Below are positions 25,475 to 39,064 of a stretch of 64,000 nucleotides of DNA, one piece after another. This stretch comes from Felis catus (lineage: Eukaryota). Made by a program: the position numbers and the translations under genes. Position 1 is the stretch's first letter. The number at the start of each line of letters is the position of its first letter. The stretch is taken from the NCBI RefSeq assembly GCF_018350175.1, contig NC_058369.1:28460001-28524000 (forward strand), given 5' to 3'. The notes below the pieces were generated by a model. That model made no database searches, was not told where the DNA came from, and saw nothing but the letters and a program-made list of their open reading frames with translations.

Positions 25475-26559
25475 TCAAATGTATAACTCTTAAACACCAT
25501 TTAGAAATCACTTATTGCTCTGAACTCCATGCAATGATGTAAAATTTGGCCTTCCACTAGGCCAAGATCCAAAAATTGCCACCCTTCTTTCACGTCATAG
25601 GGCACATAGAAATCTAGAGAAGTTGTCAACATTCTCTTAAATTACTACTGTAAACAGTGTCTACTGGAAATACAGAACTCTACCAAGAACATACACATAT
25701 GAAGTTTTCAGACTTGGTCATTCATACACTAGCGTGCCCAGAGAACTGAGCCAAAGTCATAGGTCAGTCATTATGTAAAATAGCAAGTGTTCCCATGAGT
25801 CACAGCCATTGATTGTATCCAGAATGTAGCCAGATATACCATGACAATATTCCTTTGTTCCAAAGGGAGTCCAGGGGGAAAAAAAGGGAACTGTAGATCC
25901 TCATATGCATACCTTAATAACAATGGATCAATATTTCCTCAGAAGAAATGGTGTAGTGCATTGGGTGAAGATTTGGAAACACACAGGCTTGGATTTAAAG
26001 GCTGGCTCAGCCATCCACCAGTAACACGACATTGGGCAACATACTGAAACTCAGGACCATAGATTCTTCCACTGGCAAATAGAGGAAATGCTTCTAATTT
26101 ATGTAATATTGTAAGCAGGGGTAATATTTAAAATATTTAACAAGTAGTAATGGTGAGGGCACTAAACAGAATGGACTTAATAGATATTATGGTGCCTATC
26201 AATTAAATATGAACTCTGTTCGAGGGATTATTTCCTCACTTGATCCTGGATCATGGGAGGTGTTCAAACTTAAAATTCATTAAATAAAGCGAACACACAT
26301 TACATAACAATGTATAATGAAAAGCTTACAAGCAGTTAGGCATACAAATGGCTATATCCTCCAAATATGCTTTTTTTTTTCACTTGTCTTAAGCTTTGAT
26401 CCACAATTTTATTAAATGGTTGTTAGCTTAAAATGATGATACACCTGTGTCTCTTGACTCACAATAGTCCTCAAAAAATTCTGGACTCAAAAATACTTAA
26501 ATTGATCTCATGAGGAATTTTATTATGTATATATTCATTTATATTTCTTATGTCGGCTA

Positions 26560-29185
26560 ATGTAATGACACTTTTATCATTATGAAATATTCTTCTTTAT
26601 CTCTGGTAATACTCTTTATCTTAAAGTTTAATTTGTCTGATATTAATGTACCCACTCTAGACTTCTTATGCTGACTGTTTCCATGGTTATCTTTTTCTAT
26701 CAATTTGCTTTAAACTTATCTGTATCTTCATATTTAAAGGTTATCTTGTAACAGAATACAGTTATTCTTGTTCTTTTTAACCCATTCTAATAATAGCTGC
26801 TTTTTAATTATTTAATCCATTAACATTTAATGTAATTACTGACATAGTGGCATTTAGAGCTATAATTTTATTATTTGTTTTCTGTTTGCCCCCATCTGTT
26901 TCCTGTCCTCTCTTTCTACTTTCCTGAATTCTTTTGGAATCATTTAAAAATCTTTTCAGGATTCTAAAATAAATAAGCAAACAAATACATACATAAAATT
27001 TTTAGGATTCTATTTTATCTTTTGGGTTTTTCGTGTTTGTTCTAAGCATTAAAATATACATTCTTGACCTTTCACGGTCTATGAGATTTTTATACCACCT
27101 CAGATAAACTTTGAAAACTATGCAACTGTGTGAGTCCATTGATCATGCCTGCCAATTCTCTATGCTATAGTTGTCATATGTACTACTCTATACACAGTAC
27201 CTTATAAACACCACAAGGTAGTATTATAATTTTGGCTGTAAAGCGTTCTATGCATTTTAAAGATACTAAGATGAAAAAAATGCTCATATTTATAATTTCT
27301 GATATTCTTCATTCCTTCTTGAAGATTTAAGATTCCATCTGGTGTTATCTCACTTCAGCCTGAATAACTTCCTTTAGCATTTTTTGTGGTGTAGGTCTAC
27401 TGGCAGTGAATGAGTTCTTTTAGTTTACTTTTATCTGAAAACGTCTTTAATTTGCCTCTATTCATAAAGGATATTTTGGGTACATATCAACTATACATGG
27501 ATTTCTGTGTTCACAGAGTTTTGGTTTTGTTTTGTTTTACTTTAAAAATACTCTTTTGCTTTTGCTAGCCTCTGTAGTTTCTGATGAGAGGTCAGTGCTT
27601 ATTTATAATGCTTTATAATGACAAAGCATTGCTCTCTGGAAGGTAATGTGCCATTTTTCTCTGACCACTATCAAGATTGTCTCTTTATTGTTGGTGTCCA
27701 GCAGTTTGAATAGTATACCTAAGCATGGTTTTCCTCAAATTTATCCTGTTTGGGGTTTGCTGTGTTTCTTGATCTATAAATTTACTTTTTCACCAAATTT
27801 GAAAATTTTGGCCTTTACTTCTCAACTATTTTTCTGTCCCATTCTCTTTCTCCTCTCCTGAGACTACAATGATACACATTAGACATTTTTATTTTTGTCA
27901 CATAGGTCCCTGAGTTTCTGGGGTTTTTTGTTTGTTTGTTTGTTTGTTTGTTTCCTCTGTTCAAGTTTTGTTTTTGTTTTCATCTTTTCTCCTCCTGTTC
28001 TTCAGAAAAAAAAAAAAAAACCTCGATTGCTTTATCATAAGGTTCAGGGACATCTTCTGTTATTTCCAATGAATGTAAGCACACCCAGTGAATTTTTGTT
28101 CCCAATATTGTATTTTTCACTTCTAGAATTTCCACTCAATTCTTTTTGGTAGTTTGTATTTACTGTGTCTTTATTCATTGTGAGTATATTTTTCTGTCCT
28201 TCAGTGAGTACAGTTTTAATGGCTGCTTTAAAATCTTTGCTAATTACCATATCTGGGTCATCTTGGCATTATCTCAGATGACTGCCTTTTCTCTTCAGAA
28301 GGGAGTCACATTTTCTTGATTTTGTCATGTGTCATATAATTTGGGGTTGTATCATGTGAACGTACGAATGTGAATGTGATGGTGTGAAGACTGAAATCTG
28401 TTAAGAGTTCTTGGAAGAGCCTCGATTTATTTGTTATAGCAGGCAATTAATTTGGTTATACTCAAATTGAAAACTATCCCTTGGGTGGCAACTCAAATCT
28501 CAGTTCAGTTCTTTGACTGTTAGCTGTGTCTGTTCCACGTATGCATGGTTCAGAGATCAGTTAAAAATTCACGTGGTGATGGGGTGCCTGGGTGGCTCAG
28601 TGGGTTAAGTGTCTGACTTCAGCTCAGGCCATGATCTCACAGTTTGTGAGTTCAAGCCCCACATCGGGCTCTCTGCTGACAGCTCAGAGCCTGGAGCCTG
28701 CTTCAGATTCTGTGTCTCCCTCTCTCTCTGTCCCTCCCCTGCTCGTGCACCCTGTCTCTCTCTCAAAAATAAATAAACATTAAAAATAAAATTTAAAAAA
28801 AATCACATGGTGTTTATACACAGAACTGAGAGTTCCCCTGTTTGTCTCTCTCCTCTCCAAGACTCTCTTTTCCAGTAGCTATGGTTGCCCTGAACTCTGT
28901 TTGTTGGGTCTTCATACTGAAAAGAGTGTTTTTTCTATTGGAATTAGCTATCCCAAATGGCATTAACTTCATCATGTCCTCCCTCTAAAAGTTGTAAAAT
29001 GGGGAACTTACTCTGTACTGTCCATGCTTCCAAGTTTTGAATCCCAATTCCCCTCCAGAATCTGTCTGTTTGCTTTCACTCTCTAGAGCCTTCAGGTAAT
29101 TTTTTCTCCCATATATTATAGTTGCTATCTGTGAGAATGTCAGATTCAATAAAACTTACTTAGCCATACTGGAAGTGGAAACAAG
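26560..29185 (-). mobile_element. Old L1 5' portion (start of endonuclease, ORF1, 5' UTR), degenerate
   Basis: Antisense EN-start motif 'ttttatcattatgaaatattcttctttatctctggtaata...ttgtctgatattaat' and ORF1-like 'tttctgatgagaggtcag'. Confidence 0.8.
28581..28797 (+). mobile_element. Can-SINE nested in old L1
   Basis: Canonical body; TSD aaaattcacgtggtg / aaaatcacatggtg. Confidence 0.94.
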
Positions 29186-29659
29186 TAAAACCAATTAGAA
29201 GATATTCCTTTGCATTTCTGAATTTCTCTCCTCAAAACACTTAACCTCTACTCATTATCTCATCTAGGGATGTTTGGTTTTGGTTTTAAGTAGAAACATA
29301 AGTCAGACTCAGAGCTTCCTTGATCATCTTGCCAAGTACATAAGAAGATTTGGAATAAAAGCACAGCATTAAGTGAAATGATAAAATGATAAAACATCAG
29401 TCAGGTCTGCTGGCTCGTAGGCTGGCAGCATTTAATCTCAAAGCAGTGAGGCTTGTACAGGCGCATGACTACCAAAGATTATCTGCATGGTACTTTGCCA
29501 CACTATTTATTCTACCTTATGTTTTGGGTCTCAGGTATTTCTATATCCTTCATTGAAAACTGCAATAGGTAACACCCTAAGAGAAATAGAATATTGAAAA
29601 TATTATCCTTAAACACCAATGCAGAGTTGGTAAGCACACATTTTCTTCTGGTAATAATC

Positions 29660-29850
29660 CTCATAATTTCTTGAGAGCCTCTGTATGCAAGGCACCTTGC
29701 CAATCATTTTACATAATTTGCCATCTCATCCTTCATAACCATTCTCTGAGGTAGTTCCTATAATTAACCTCATCCTATGGAGGAAGAAACCAGAGAGGTT
29801 AAGTGAGTTAATGGAGATCACACAGCAAATAGAAATCTGAATCCTCATAA
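29660..29850 (-). mobile_element. MIR SINE
   Basis: 'catcctatggaggaagaaaccagagaggttaagtga'. Confidence 0.75.
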
Positions 29851-30153
29851 AGAAGAGAAAAAACAAACAGGATATTTGGAGTCATGAAACACAGGCCCTT
29901 TACTCTTAGGGAAGGAAACAGAACTCCTTCCAAGCAAAGAGGAGTAAGTGAAGATTCTAAAACTTGAAGTTTTAGAAGTTATAAACAAAAAGAAGTTATA
30001 ATTCTTCTTTCTAGCAATTACTGAAATTAAAATGACCCACATTCAGATACATATAATTCATACTGGCAACTTTCCTGTCAAAAAGAGTCTTGTTCTAGGG
30101 CTTAAAAACACAAACTGGAACAATAACACAAGGATCAAATAATCCCATACGAA

Positions 30154-30369
30154 GGGGCACCTGGGTGGCTCAGTCGGTTAAGCGTCCGACTTCAAATCAG
30201 GTCACGATCTCGCAGTTTGTTAGTTCGAGCCCCGCGTCGGGCTCTGTGCTGACAGCTCAGGGCCTGGAGCCTGCTTCGGATTCTGTGTCTCCCTCTCTCT
30301 CTGCCCCTCCCCCACTTGCACTCTGTCTCTCTCTCCTTCAAAAATAAATAAACATTAAAAAATTTTTTT
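30154..30369 (+). mobile_element. Can-SINE (SINEC)
   Basis: CpG-retaining body; TSD tcaaataatcccatacgaa / tcaaataattccatacaaa. Confidence 0.95.
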
Positions 30370-32259
30370 TCAAATAATTCCATACAAAGATTCATAGTAA
30401 GAGGCATGTAACACCAGCACCTCACCTCATTTCATTTATTTTCCTTAAACCTCCTTTGTTTTCCAGGTAAACTTTCTAGACAGGAGGGTGACTCACTGGA
30501 GAGAAGCAGGCACATTAAGAAGTGAAGAGGCCTGCCTCGTCCTACCACAATCTGCATCTGGTGAGCACTTCTAGAAGACCGTGGCAACGTCTCACAGTCC
30601 TACAAATGATAGAGGCAATCTCTAAAGTGTAAAATTTGCATAAACCTATGAGTTTCAGGTGACTGTGGAATCAGAGAGAAAGGAGGGGGAGGGCCAGAGG
30701 GAAGTGGACAGATAATATAAAGGGAAAATAGGAGACTGGGTCTTGACTAGAAGCAAGAAAAGGAGTACAGTCTCTTTGTGTTCTGGAACATGAGGGCGAT
30801 TCAGTATTACATTTATTACACATGCCAAATTGTTTGCTGAGACCTCAGAATGGGGTAACTGCAGGGAATAAAAATGAGAGGTGGTGCTAGAAAAAGGGAG
30901 GAGTGTGAACAGGAGTTGTAGGCAGGGGTTCAATGAACACAGTCCACTGACAACAGGTTGGGAAAATTTTACCACATTAGCACATTTCTCTTCCTTTACT
31001 GCTGTTACATTTACCTTTTCCAGTGAAACTATTCAAAGACATAGAAAGACAAGCGACTCTTCTGCCCCATCTTGAAGGCTTTTTCTAAGATTTATCCCAC
31101 ACTGCTCCCTCTGACCAAGAATGATCCCATGCCATTTTAGAGGACATGTTCCGCCTCAGAAGCATCCGCCTGCTGCATGAATTTCGTTTCCATTCCACGA
31201 TCATTCTCAAAGCTATGCAAAGCATAACAACTTGATTTTGTAGCTGTTTAACCTTACTTTTCATACATAAAAAATTATTAAATGTGTGTAACTTGTGGGG
31301 GGAGAATCATATAATGGCATGTCAATCAGGTAACAGTTAAGCTGCATTTCATGGAAAGGAAAAGTAGTGCTTTCTTCAAAAAGTGAAGTCATCACTCCTT
31401 TATTTAACTGACATAATATTTATACCCCAATTTTAAAATGGCAGCTACAAATAGAATTTGAGAAAGGGTAAATTCTCCAAGGGAAATGAAGCCAGAAATG
31501 TCACCATTTTAAAAGTTCTGTTTTAATATGTACTTAAGAATGTGACTACTATTTTAAGGATGTGCCCATAGCAGGTCAATTATATCAAACTCCATGAAAA
31601 CACTTAAAATTAAGTAAATACTACCTCTCCAACTACTGTTATCTCTTTAGAATGCTGTATGGCAGAATGCACAGAGCTTTTATAGGGGGTCTAGGCAGGC
31701 AGGTGGTCCTGAGATACCTTCACCGGGAACAAAAAAAAATCAGATGATCTTTTCAGCAGTGATCTGGATGGCTGGCCTCTAGGTACAACTTCACTGTGGA
31801 CATTCGCCAAGAATACCAGCTAGCATGACTGCATTGTTATTGTTAAAAGGCCAGAACAAAGGCACCCATGTGATTTCTGCAGGTGTTATCATTACTCTGC
31901 ACAAGAGAGACTGTGGCTGAGGGGCAGCTCAAGTGACTTACACAAGACCACATAAAGGAAATGGCAAAATGGTGTCCTGATACTCCAGCTTCTTGTTTCT
32001 AGTCCTGGGCTGTTCTGGATGCATAGTAGGAGCCTCCTCAAGAGCTGGCCAATCCCAGCACTGGGGTTTTCCATTTTGCAAAAGGATGAGGCTGACCCAC
32101 AAGTCTGGTAGGAAGAGTACCTCTCTGGTTTTACAGTGGTCTGTGCCGTATCATCTGTCTGAAGAGTATTTTGTGGGTCAGTTTATTCTAGTTCCTTGAA
32201 ACTTTAGTGTCCACAAGACTCTGAGGGAATCTCACAATGGGAGGAACACGGTTTTTTGG

Positions 32260-32450
32260 TCCTGAGTTTGAATCCTAGTAATGCATTTACTATCTCTGTG
32301 TGCTGGATACAGCTGCTCAACTTCATTGAGCCTCACTTTCCACCTCTGTCAAATGGGCATAATAATATCTGAGGGGTATATTTACCAAAAGGATGATTTT
32401 TTTTTTAATGAAGATAAAGCACCAAGCAGTTTCTGGTACATGTTGAGTAT
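32260..32450 (+). mobile_element. MIR SINE
   Basis: 'cctgagtttgaatcct...gagcctcactttccacctctgtcaaatggg'. Confidence 0.7.
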
Positions 32451-32769
32451 TCAGGCAACAAGCCTGTGCCCCACCTTGCTTCACGGAATAACTCTGAAGC
32501 AGAGAAGTGACAATGAGGCCAGAGAGACCCCATTGCCCATAAATCACTCAATGATAATATACTGATCCTCCAGCTGGCTGGCCCCTCTCTGCTCTGACCT
32601 CTACCCGTGGTATTCCTTCACATGACCTTCTTTGAAATAAAAGTATCACAATTACAAACACTTATACATTTCCTAAGATTTTATTTAATTATTTTCCTTT
32701 CTTTATCTAACGGTTATGGTCCATATCATGCCACATGCTCTGCTTGATGCAATAATTAAACACAGATAA

Positions 32770-34000
32770 CCATTCATTCAATGAACATTTGTTGAGTCCT
32801 ACTAAGATGTCAGGCACTGTTCTCTATAGCAGTGAACATAACAACCCCAAATCCTGCCTTCATGATGCCTACATTCTGGTGGGAGACAGATGACAGACAA
32901 AACAAAAATGTAAACTACACGGTTGGTTAAATAGTGCTTTGTGTTCCTGAGAAACACAAAGTGGAAAGGAGATGATGAGTCTTATGGTTATATTATGACC
33001 TATGTCCCCCAAAAAGATATGTTGAAGTTCTAACCCCTAATACCTAAGAGTGTGATCTGATTTGGAAATAGGGTCATAGCAGATATAATTAGTTAAGATG
33101 AGGTCATACTGGAGGAGGACACACCCTCCTCCAGTAAGACTAGTGTCCCCAGAAGAGGATGACCATGTGAAGATAGATACCACACAGGGAGGACACCGTG
33201 TGATGACAAGAGCAGGGTGGGGAGTGATGCAGCTACAAGCCAGGCAATGCTAAGCATAGCTAGCCATGTTCCAGAAGCCAAGAAGAAGCAAAGAAGGATT
33301 CCCTTGCTGGTTTCAGAGGAAGGATGGCCCTCATGATACTTCAGTTTCAGACTTGTAGCCTCCAAAATGGTGAGACAATACATTTCTGTTATCTTAAGTG
33401 GCTCAGTTTGTGGTATTTTGTCATGGCAACCCCAGGAAATTAATACAGTGAGCACGGGGACATTTTTGCATTTTTAGGCAAAGAAATCAGGAAAGAGCTC
33501 ACAGAGATGGTAACATTCCAGCAAAGACCTGAGTGAGGTCAGCAGGAAGATGCTTCTGGGTAAGGAAAGTTGTAGGCACTGAGAGCAGAAAACGCAGAGG
33601 TCCAAGGGAGGAGAATGCTTACTATTCTAGAAGAACAGCACGAAAGCCAATATGGCTGGAGCGTGAGGGGAGAGTGGTAGGAGACAAGGCCAGAGCCTTG
33701 GCAGGGAGCTGGATGGTACCAGACTTTCTGGGCCATTACAAGGACTTGGACATTTACTCACACCAAGGTGGAAAGCCAGTGGGCAATTCTGAGCACAGAT
33801 GGAATAAGATGTCACTTCAGTTTAGTAAGATCTCTCAGGCTCTTTGTGAATAAACTAAAGAGACACCACTTGTGGGTGGGGGTGGGGTCCCACAGCAATC
33901 CTGGTGGATAAAGATGCTGGTCAGGGAGAACGGGAGATTGGGAGAAGTGATCATTCTCTATTGCATATTTTGAAAGTAGATCCAAAAGGATCTGCAATGG
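32770..34000 (-). mobile_element. L2 LINE interrupted by an MLT1 LTR
   Basis: 'cattcattcaatgaacatttgttgagtcctact' 3' end; continues after 33448 with 'ggtaacattccagcaaagacctga'. Confidence 0.75.
32980..33447 (+). mobile_element. MaLR solo LTR (MLT1C-like)
   Basis: 'cccccaaaaagatatgttgaagttctaaccc', 'tttggaaatagggtc', end 'ggaaattaataca'; near-TSD atgag / gtgag. Confidence 0.9.
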
Positions 34001-34119
34001 AAGATGCCTGACGTTTTGATAATTCTTAGAATTAAATTAGAAACCATAACAATTTAACTGTACCAATCACCCGGAGAGATGGTCTTCTCAAGTGCCAGAC
34101 CAGCTGAAGATATTGGCAA

Positions 34120-35070
34120 TATATATAACAGACAGAATAAATCATCAGAATATATAAGGAACTCCTAAAATCAAGAAAAAATGAGCAAGCAAATAGAAAA
34201 AAACTAGTAGTTGAAAGAAGAAATCTCAATGGACAATGAATATTTAAAAAAGCAGCTTAGGCTCACTAGAAGAAAATACAAAATAAAATAATAGGTAGGA
34301 TTCTATTTGTATTCTGTCAAAGCAGCAAACATGAAAAAGATTGACAAAATTCAGTGTTGTCCAAAATACAGGAAAAAATACTTCATTGCTCTAGCTTACT
34401 TCTGGCAGAACCATGAGTTGGTATATCGTTCTAGTGAGCAATTTTGTCACATTTATCAAAAGCGATACTACACATATCCGATGGCATAGTGAATCTTCTT
34501 GCCAGGTATACTGGGCTCAAGAAACATATGCACAAGGAGATATATACTAAAAAGATTACTGCAGTGGTTTTCCTTTTTTTTTTTTTTTTAAGTATAGCGA
34601 AACTTGGAAATGACCGAAAATCTGCCCTGAAAAGGAAATAGGTAAATAAAAATTATAAGATGGAGTATTATGCAGCTGTTAAAAGAAATCAATTGGTTAT
34701 AAGCATCAATGCAGATAAGTTTTATAAATGATGTCATGTGAACAAAAACCAACGAGAAGGAAAATTTTAAACATGCAAACACAATAGTACGTTTTAGTGA
34801 TGGATACATGTATATGTGTATAAAAACAACAAACTGGCTAAACACATCCCAAATCTGTGGTAGGGAATTTTGCACCAGAGAAAGTGGGAGGAAAAACAGA
34901 ATATGCTAGTTAAGAGGGAATTTAATTTCTTCAATGATTTCCTTAAACAAACAAACAAACAGTATCAATAATGACTAAACAGAAATGGATGTTCCTTTTC
35001 TGATAGCGGGATTATAGATGTTTATTACACTACATTTTGTGGTTGGCTGTATTTTTAAATTTTCCTCAAA
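34120..35070 (+). mobile_element. Old L1 (L1ME-like) 3' portion
   Basis: 'cagaatatataaggaactccta', 'aagaaacatatgcacaaggag', 'ggagtattatgcagctgttaaaag'. Confidence 0.75.
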
Positions 35071-36586
35071 ATAAAGAAAGGGAGAGGAGGGAGGGGGAGA
35101 GAGAGAAGGAGACACAAAGAAAGAGACAGAAGAGGGAAGGAAGGAGGGAGAAAGGAAGAAAGGAAGGAACCCTGTCACCAGTTCTAAAGTGCACTTAAAC
35201 CGGTCACAGATGGCTGATTGTTTACGGATAAAACTCAAAACTATGTTTTAATAATCAGTGAGACTGATGGTGATTCCTCCCAGGTTGGCTCAGCTTGGAG
35301 GGCTGACTTTAAGTTCAGCCAGCAGAGGGAACCATCTGTCATTTGCAAAGACACAGAGCTCGGCCAGGGGAACAGCAACAGACCGTCAGTAGCCATTATC
35401 TTCAGCACAGACCATCACCTCTGGAACCACAGGGAAGAAGGAAACATGCATTTACAGACAAAGTAAACTGAGAGCACGCCATGGACATCTTTTCACCCTT
35501 TCTCAAAGGCTCGTTGTAATTTTCTAGAATCAAGGGAACAATATACTTGATTAGTTCTCAGCAGACTTAGCAGTTTTGCTTTTCATATTTCTCTGTGAAG
35601 CAAGTCTGCCATTAACCTTCTATGTTCTATGTTCAGATTCTTCCCCCTCCAGAATGGAATTCGAGCTTGAAAAAAAGAGTTAGAGTTAGCTTTAAGACAG
35701 TTTTTGCTGCTAATAACCAAAAGATCCTCCTTAAGACAAGGAGGTCATTCTTTAAAGAAGCTAGAATGTTGCTTCTCTTCCTAGTGGGAGAATCCATGGA
35801 GAGAGAAAGCTTGCAGAACAGTTCAGTAATCGTGAAAGCCCCAAAGGAAATGGTACTTCCTCCTGGGTCAATACTGTGTATTTTAAAATGCCTTCTATGT
35901 ACACTTACTTGAGAGACCTTAAGGCCTTGAAGAAGCAGTTAGCCAAACACTTAAAGGAAAAGCTGGCAATCCCCACATCTGTACCGAACGGACCGAGGAG
36001 GCAGACAGCACTAATACAGTGCCGCACTTACCTCAATAGCTTCACCCCATGGAGGTCCTAATATTTAAATAGTATCCTTTTTTGTGTGTCATCCTACAGG
36101 CGGGGTTGGAATTTAAAACAAACAAACAAGGTAGAAAGGGAAAGTTATGAATAAGTTACCAATGTAAACGTGCTATTTTTCTGCCTTTGAATTTGGGTGA
36201 TGATAAACATGATTCCGCACATGGAAATTAGACTTTTCAGAGCTACTACACTGAATCATTTAATTTGTCTAACGACTTATAATAACGTGGCCACGCTGCA
36301 CTGCATTAAACATTGGGTTTTCAAACCAACAAATGAAATATGTGATAACCCCTTCCAAATGGAACCTCAGCAAAGGGCATTCAGCAAGGGGGCTGCACAC
36401 CACAGAGGGCGGGTAAAACAAACATCCTACACCAATCCTGTGAGAACAAAAGAAAGAATCATACAGCCTCTGGTTCTACAGTGTCTGTTACCTTCTAGAA
36501 ACACAGCTGAAACCTCACAATGAAATGGGGCGGTGGGGGGGGGAGGGGTGCGGATTGCTACTTTGGGTTGTCACAAAGTAACTTAC

Positions 36587-36643
36587 CACACACTATTCAA
36601 GACACATGTGGACACCATCGCTTTGTGCTTCCAGGTCATTAAC
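36587..36643 (-). other. Candidate 57-nt spliced exon (unverified)
   Basis: Minus-strand acceptor ...tattttgctaaagcttcctcag| and consensus donor GTG|GTAAGT. Confidence 0.25.
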
Positions 36644-36669
36644 CTGAGGAAGCTTTAGCAAAATAGCAC

Positions 36670-36880
36670 AGGGAGACGATTTTGCATAGTGGGTAAGAGT
36701 ATTTGAATCCTGGGCTTTACCAATCAAATAAGTGCATGACTCTATCCAAGTTCTCAGCCTCCACGCTCATTCTCCACAATGGTAAGAATGGGGATAATAA
36801 TTTTGCCTTCCTCATAGAGTTATGAGGGGGACAATTTACGTAAAGGACGTGGGCATGGTTAGAATTCAGTAGAGTAGTTA
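36670..36880 (+). mobile_element. MIR SINE
   Basis: 'gcatagtgggtaagag...tgaatcctgg...gtaagaatggggataataa'. Confidence 0.7.
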
Positions 36881-37356
36881 TCATTACTTGTATTTTACTC
36901 ATCATCATTGTCATCATTATTCTTACATTAAACTGATCTACATTTTCATACATTATCCTCATTTTCATTCAAAGTTCATTAGAAGCACAAGGAATTTTTA
37001 ACTTATATTCACTTAAAGAATTTACTGAGTATCTATTAAGTGTTAAGCACTATGCTAGGGTCTGGGGTACAACGTGATCAAAATCAAGCCATACCTATGA
37101 CTCCTGGAGGCTGTGAGGGGAGCTTCACACAAGCCAAGGACCACCAGGAAGCCTATCTTTTCCAGTTGAGCCAACAGCTCTAAAGGAAAGGAGTAGATCA
37201 TTCTAAGAGTTGCTAAAGCAAAAGGGGTTGACTTAACTGTGAGACTTGCAGAATGAGAAGGAGGTAAGTAAGGTCTGGAAGGACGGCATTCTAGGGAGAA
37301 AGAACACAACATTCAAAGACAGAGTACATAGTGCATCTTCATTATTAAAAGTTGCT

Positions 37357-37568
37357 GGGGCACCTGGGTGGCTCAGTCGGTTAAGCAGCCAACTTTGGCT
37401 CAGGTCATGATCTCGTGGTCCGTGAGTTCGAGCCCCGCATCAGGCTCTGTGCTGGCAGCTCAGAGCCTGGAGCCTGTTTCAGATTCTGTGTCTCCCTCTC
37501 TCTGACCCTCCCCCATTCATGCTCTGTCTCTCTCTGTCTCAAAAAAAATAAACGTTAAAAAAAAAAAA
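37357..37568 (+). mobile_element. Can-SINE, first of a tandem pair
   Basis: Canonical body; flanked by aaaagttgct / aaaagttggt. Confidence 0.95.
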
Positions 37569-37579
37569 AAGTTGGTGCA

Positions 37580-37704
37580 GGGGCGCCTGGGTGGTTCAGT
37601 TGCTTGAGTGTCTGACTCTTGATTTCACGTCAGGTCATGTGATTGAGCCCAGAGTTGGGCTCTGTGCCGCCCCTGAGTTAGGCTGAGTGTAGAGCCTGCT
37701 TAAG

Positions 37705-37757
<53 letters not shown>

Positions 37758-37770
37758 AAAATAAAAATAA
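37580..37770 (+). mobile_element. Older Can-SINE, second of the tandem pair
   Basis: 'gactcttgatttc' subtype, (CT)n, tail; TSD aaaagttggtgca / aaaagttaatgca. Confidence 0.9.
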
Positions 37771-38960
37771 AAAAGTTAATGCAGAACTCTGCATTGAATA
37801 GTTCAATTTAATAAACAACTATGTATCAAATACCCCTCATGAGCCAGGCCCTGTGCTGAGCCCTGGGACACAAGAGTAAGCAAAGCAGATATGGTCCATG
37901 TTCTCTGCCTCACCTCCCAGTACTTATTCCTTTGTTTAACAAATGCACTCAAATCAGCATTTGCAACCAAGAATTCTACCTTTAGCTTTAATCCCAAAGA
38001 GATTCCATGTGGAAAAACTGTAATGCTTTGTCTGGTCAGACAAGGTATGTTACATATGGCAAATAGTTCCCTTTTTTCCGCCTTAGGGGCCAGGAAACTT
38101 ACAACCAAATTTAGTTCGTTCCAAGGACCTACCAACTTCACTTAGTAGTAAAGATGGTGACATTTACGTTTTACAGGTAACTGTTCAATTGCTTGCACAC
38201 TACCTTCAGTTTAGTAGACAGTTTCAAATTTTAGGGGGAGTCGGTCAAAGGGGAAAAGGAAAGGAAAGTAAAAGAGGAACATAAGGGCAAGTTTCTTGAG
38301 GTCTGGGAACTGTCCAAAGCACCTTTTGAAATTTTCATGGTACCTAAAATAGATCCTGCATAAAATACCATCTCATTGCTGAATGGATAAATGAAGAATA
38401 CAAACCTTTCCTAGATCAACTTGGATTCGGTTTAGAGGGTGGGAGGAGTGATATTCACTTATTTCTCTCTTATCTCCAGTTTGAGAGGGAGAGCTCAAAA
38501 AGTAGCTAAAACATTTAGCATGATTATCGCTAAGAACAACTGTTGAGACCACAAGAAGAAACTGGTAAGAGAACTCGAAGATATCCTTAGTGATATATTT
38601 AAGAGAATGAGGTCCTCACAACAGAATGTTTCTCTTTCTTACTTGCATGCTAGCCAAAACAAGAGAAATGTCACGGTTCTCACTTATGTCTAAATAATGG
38701 GGGAAAATGTTTAGTTTCTTTATGACAAAATTATAATATATTTGCAATTCTATTTCCTGATGTTTTCTCAGTTATTTTGGAAAAGATCTGGTGGTCTCTT
38801 TTATATCAAAACTCCAAATTGGGGAAATGAAACTGTAGTAATAATCTATGTGGTTAACCGCCAGGAAGAAGGGTACAAATTTAAAAGAAGTTTAGAAGAC
38901 ACCTATTAGCGATTAGAGTACTGTAGACTTCTGACTTGTTCATGGCCAAATCGATCCGAT

Positions 38961-39064
<104 letters not shown>

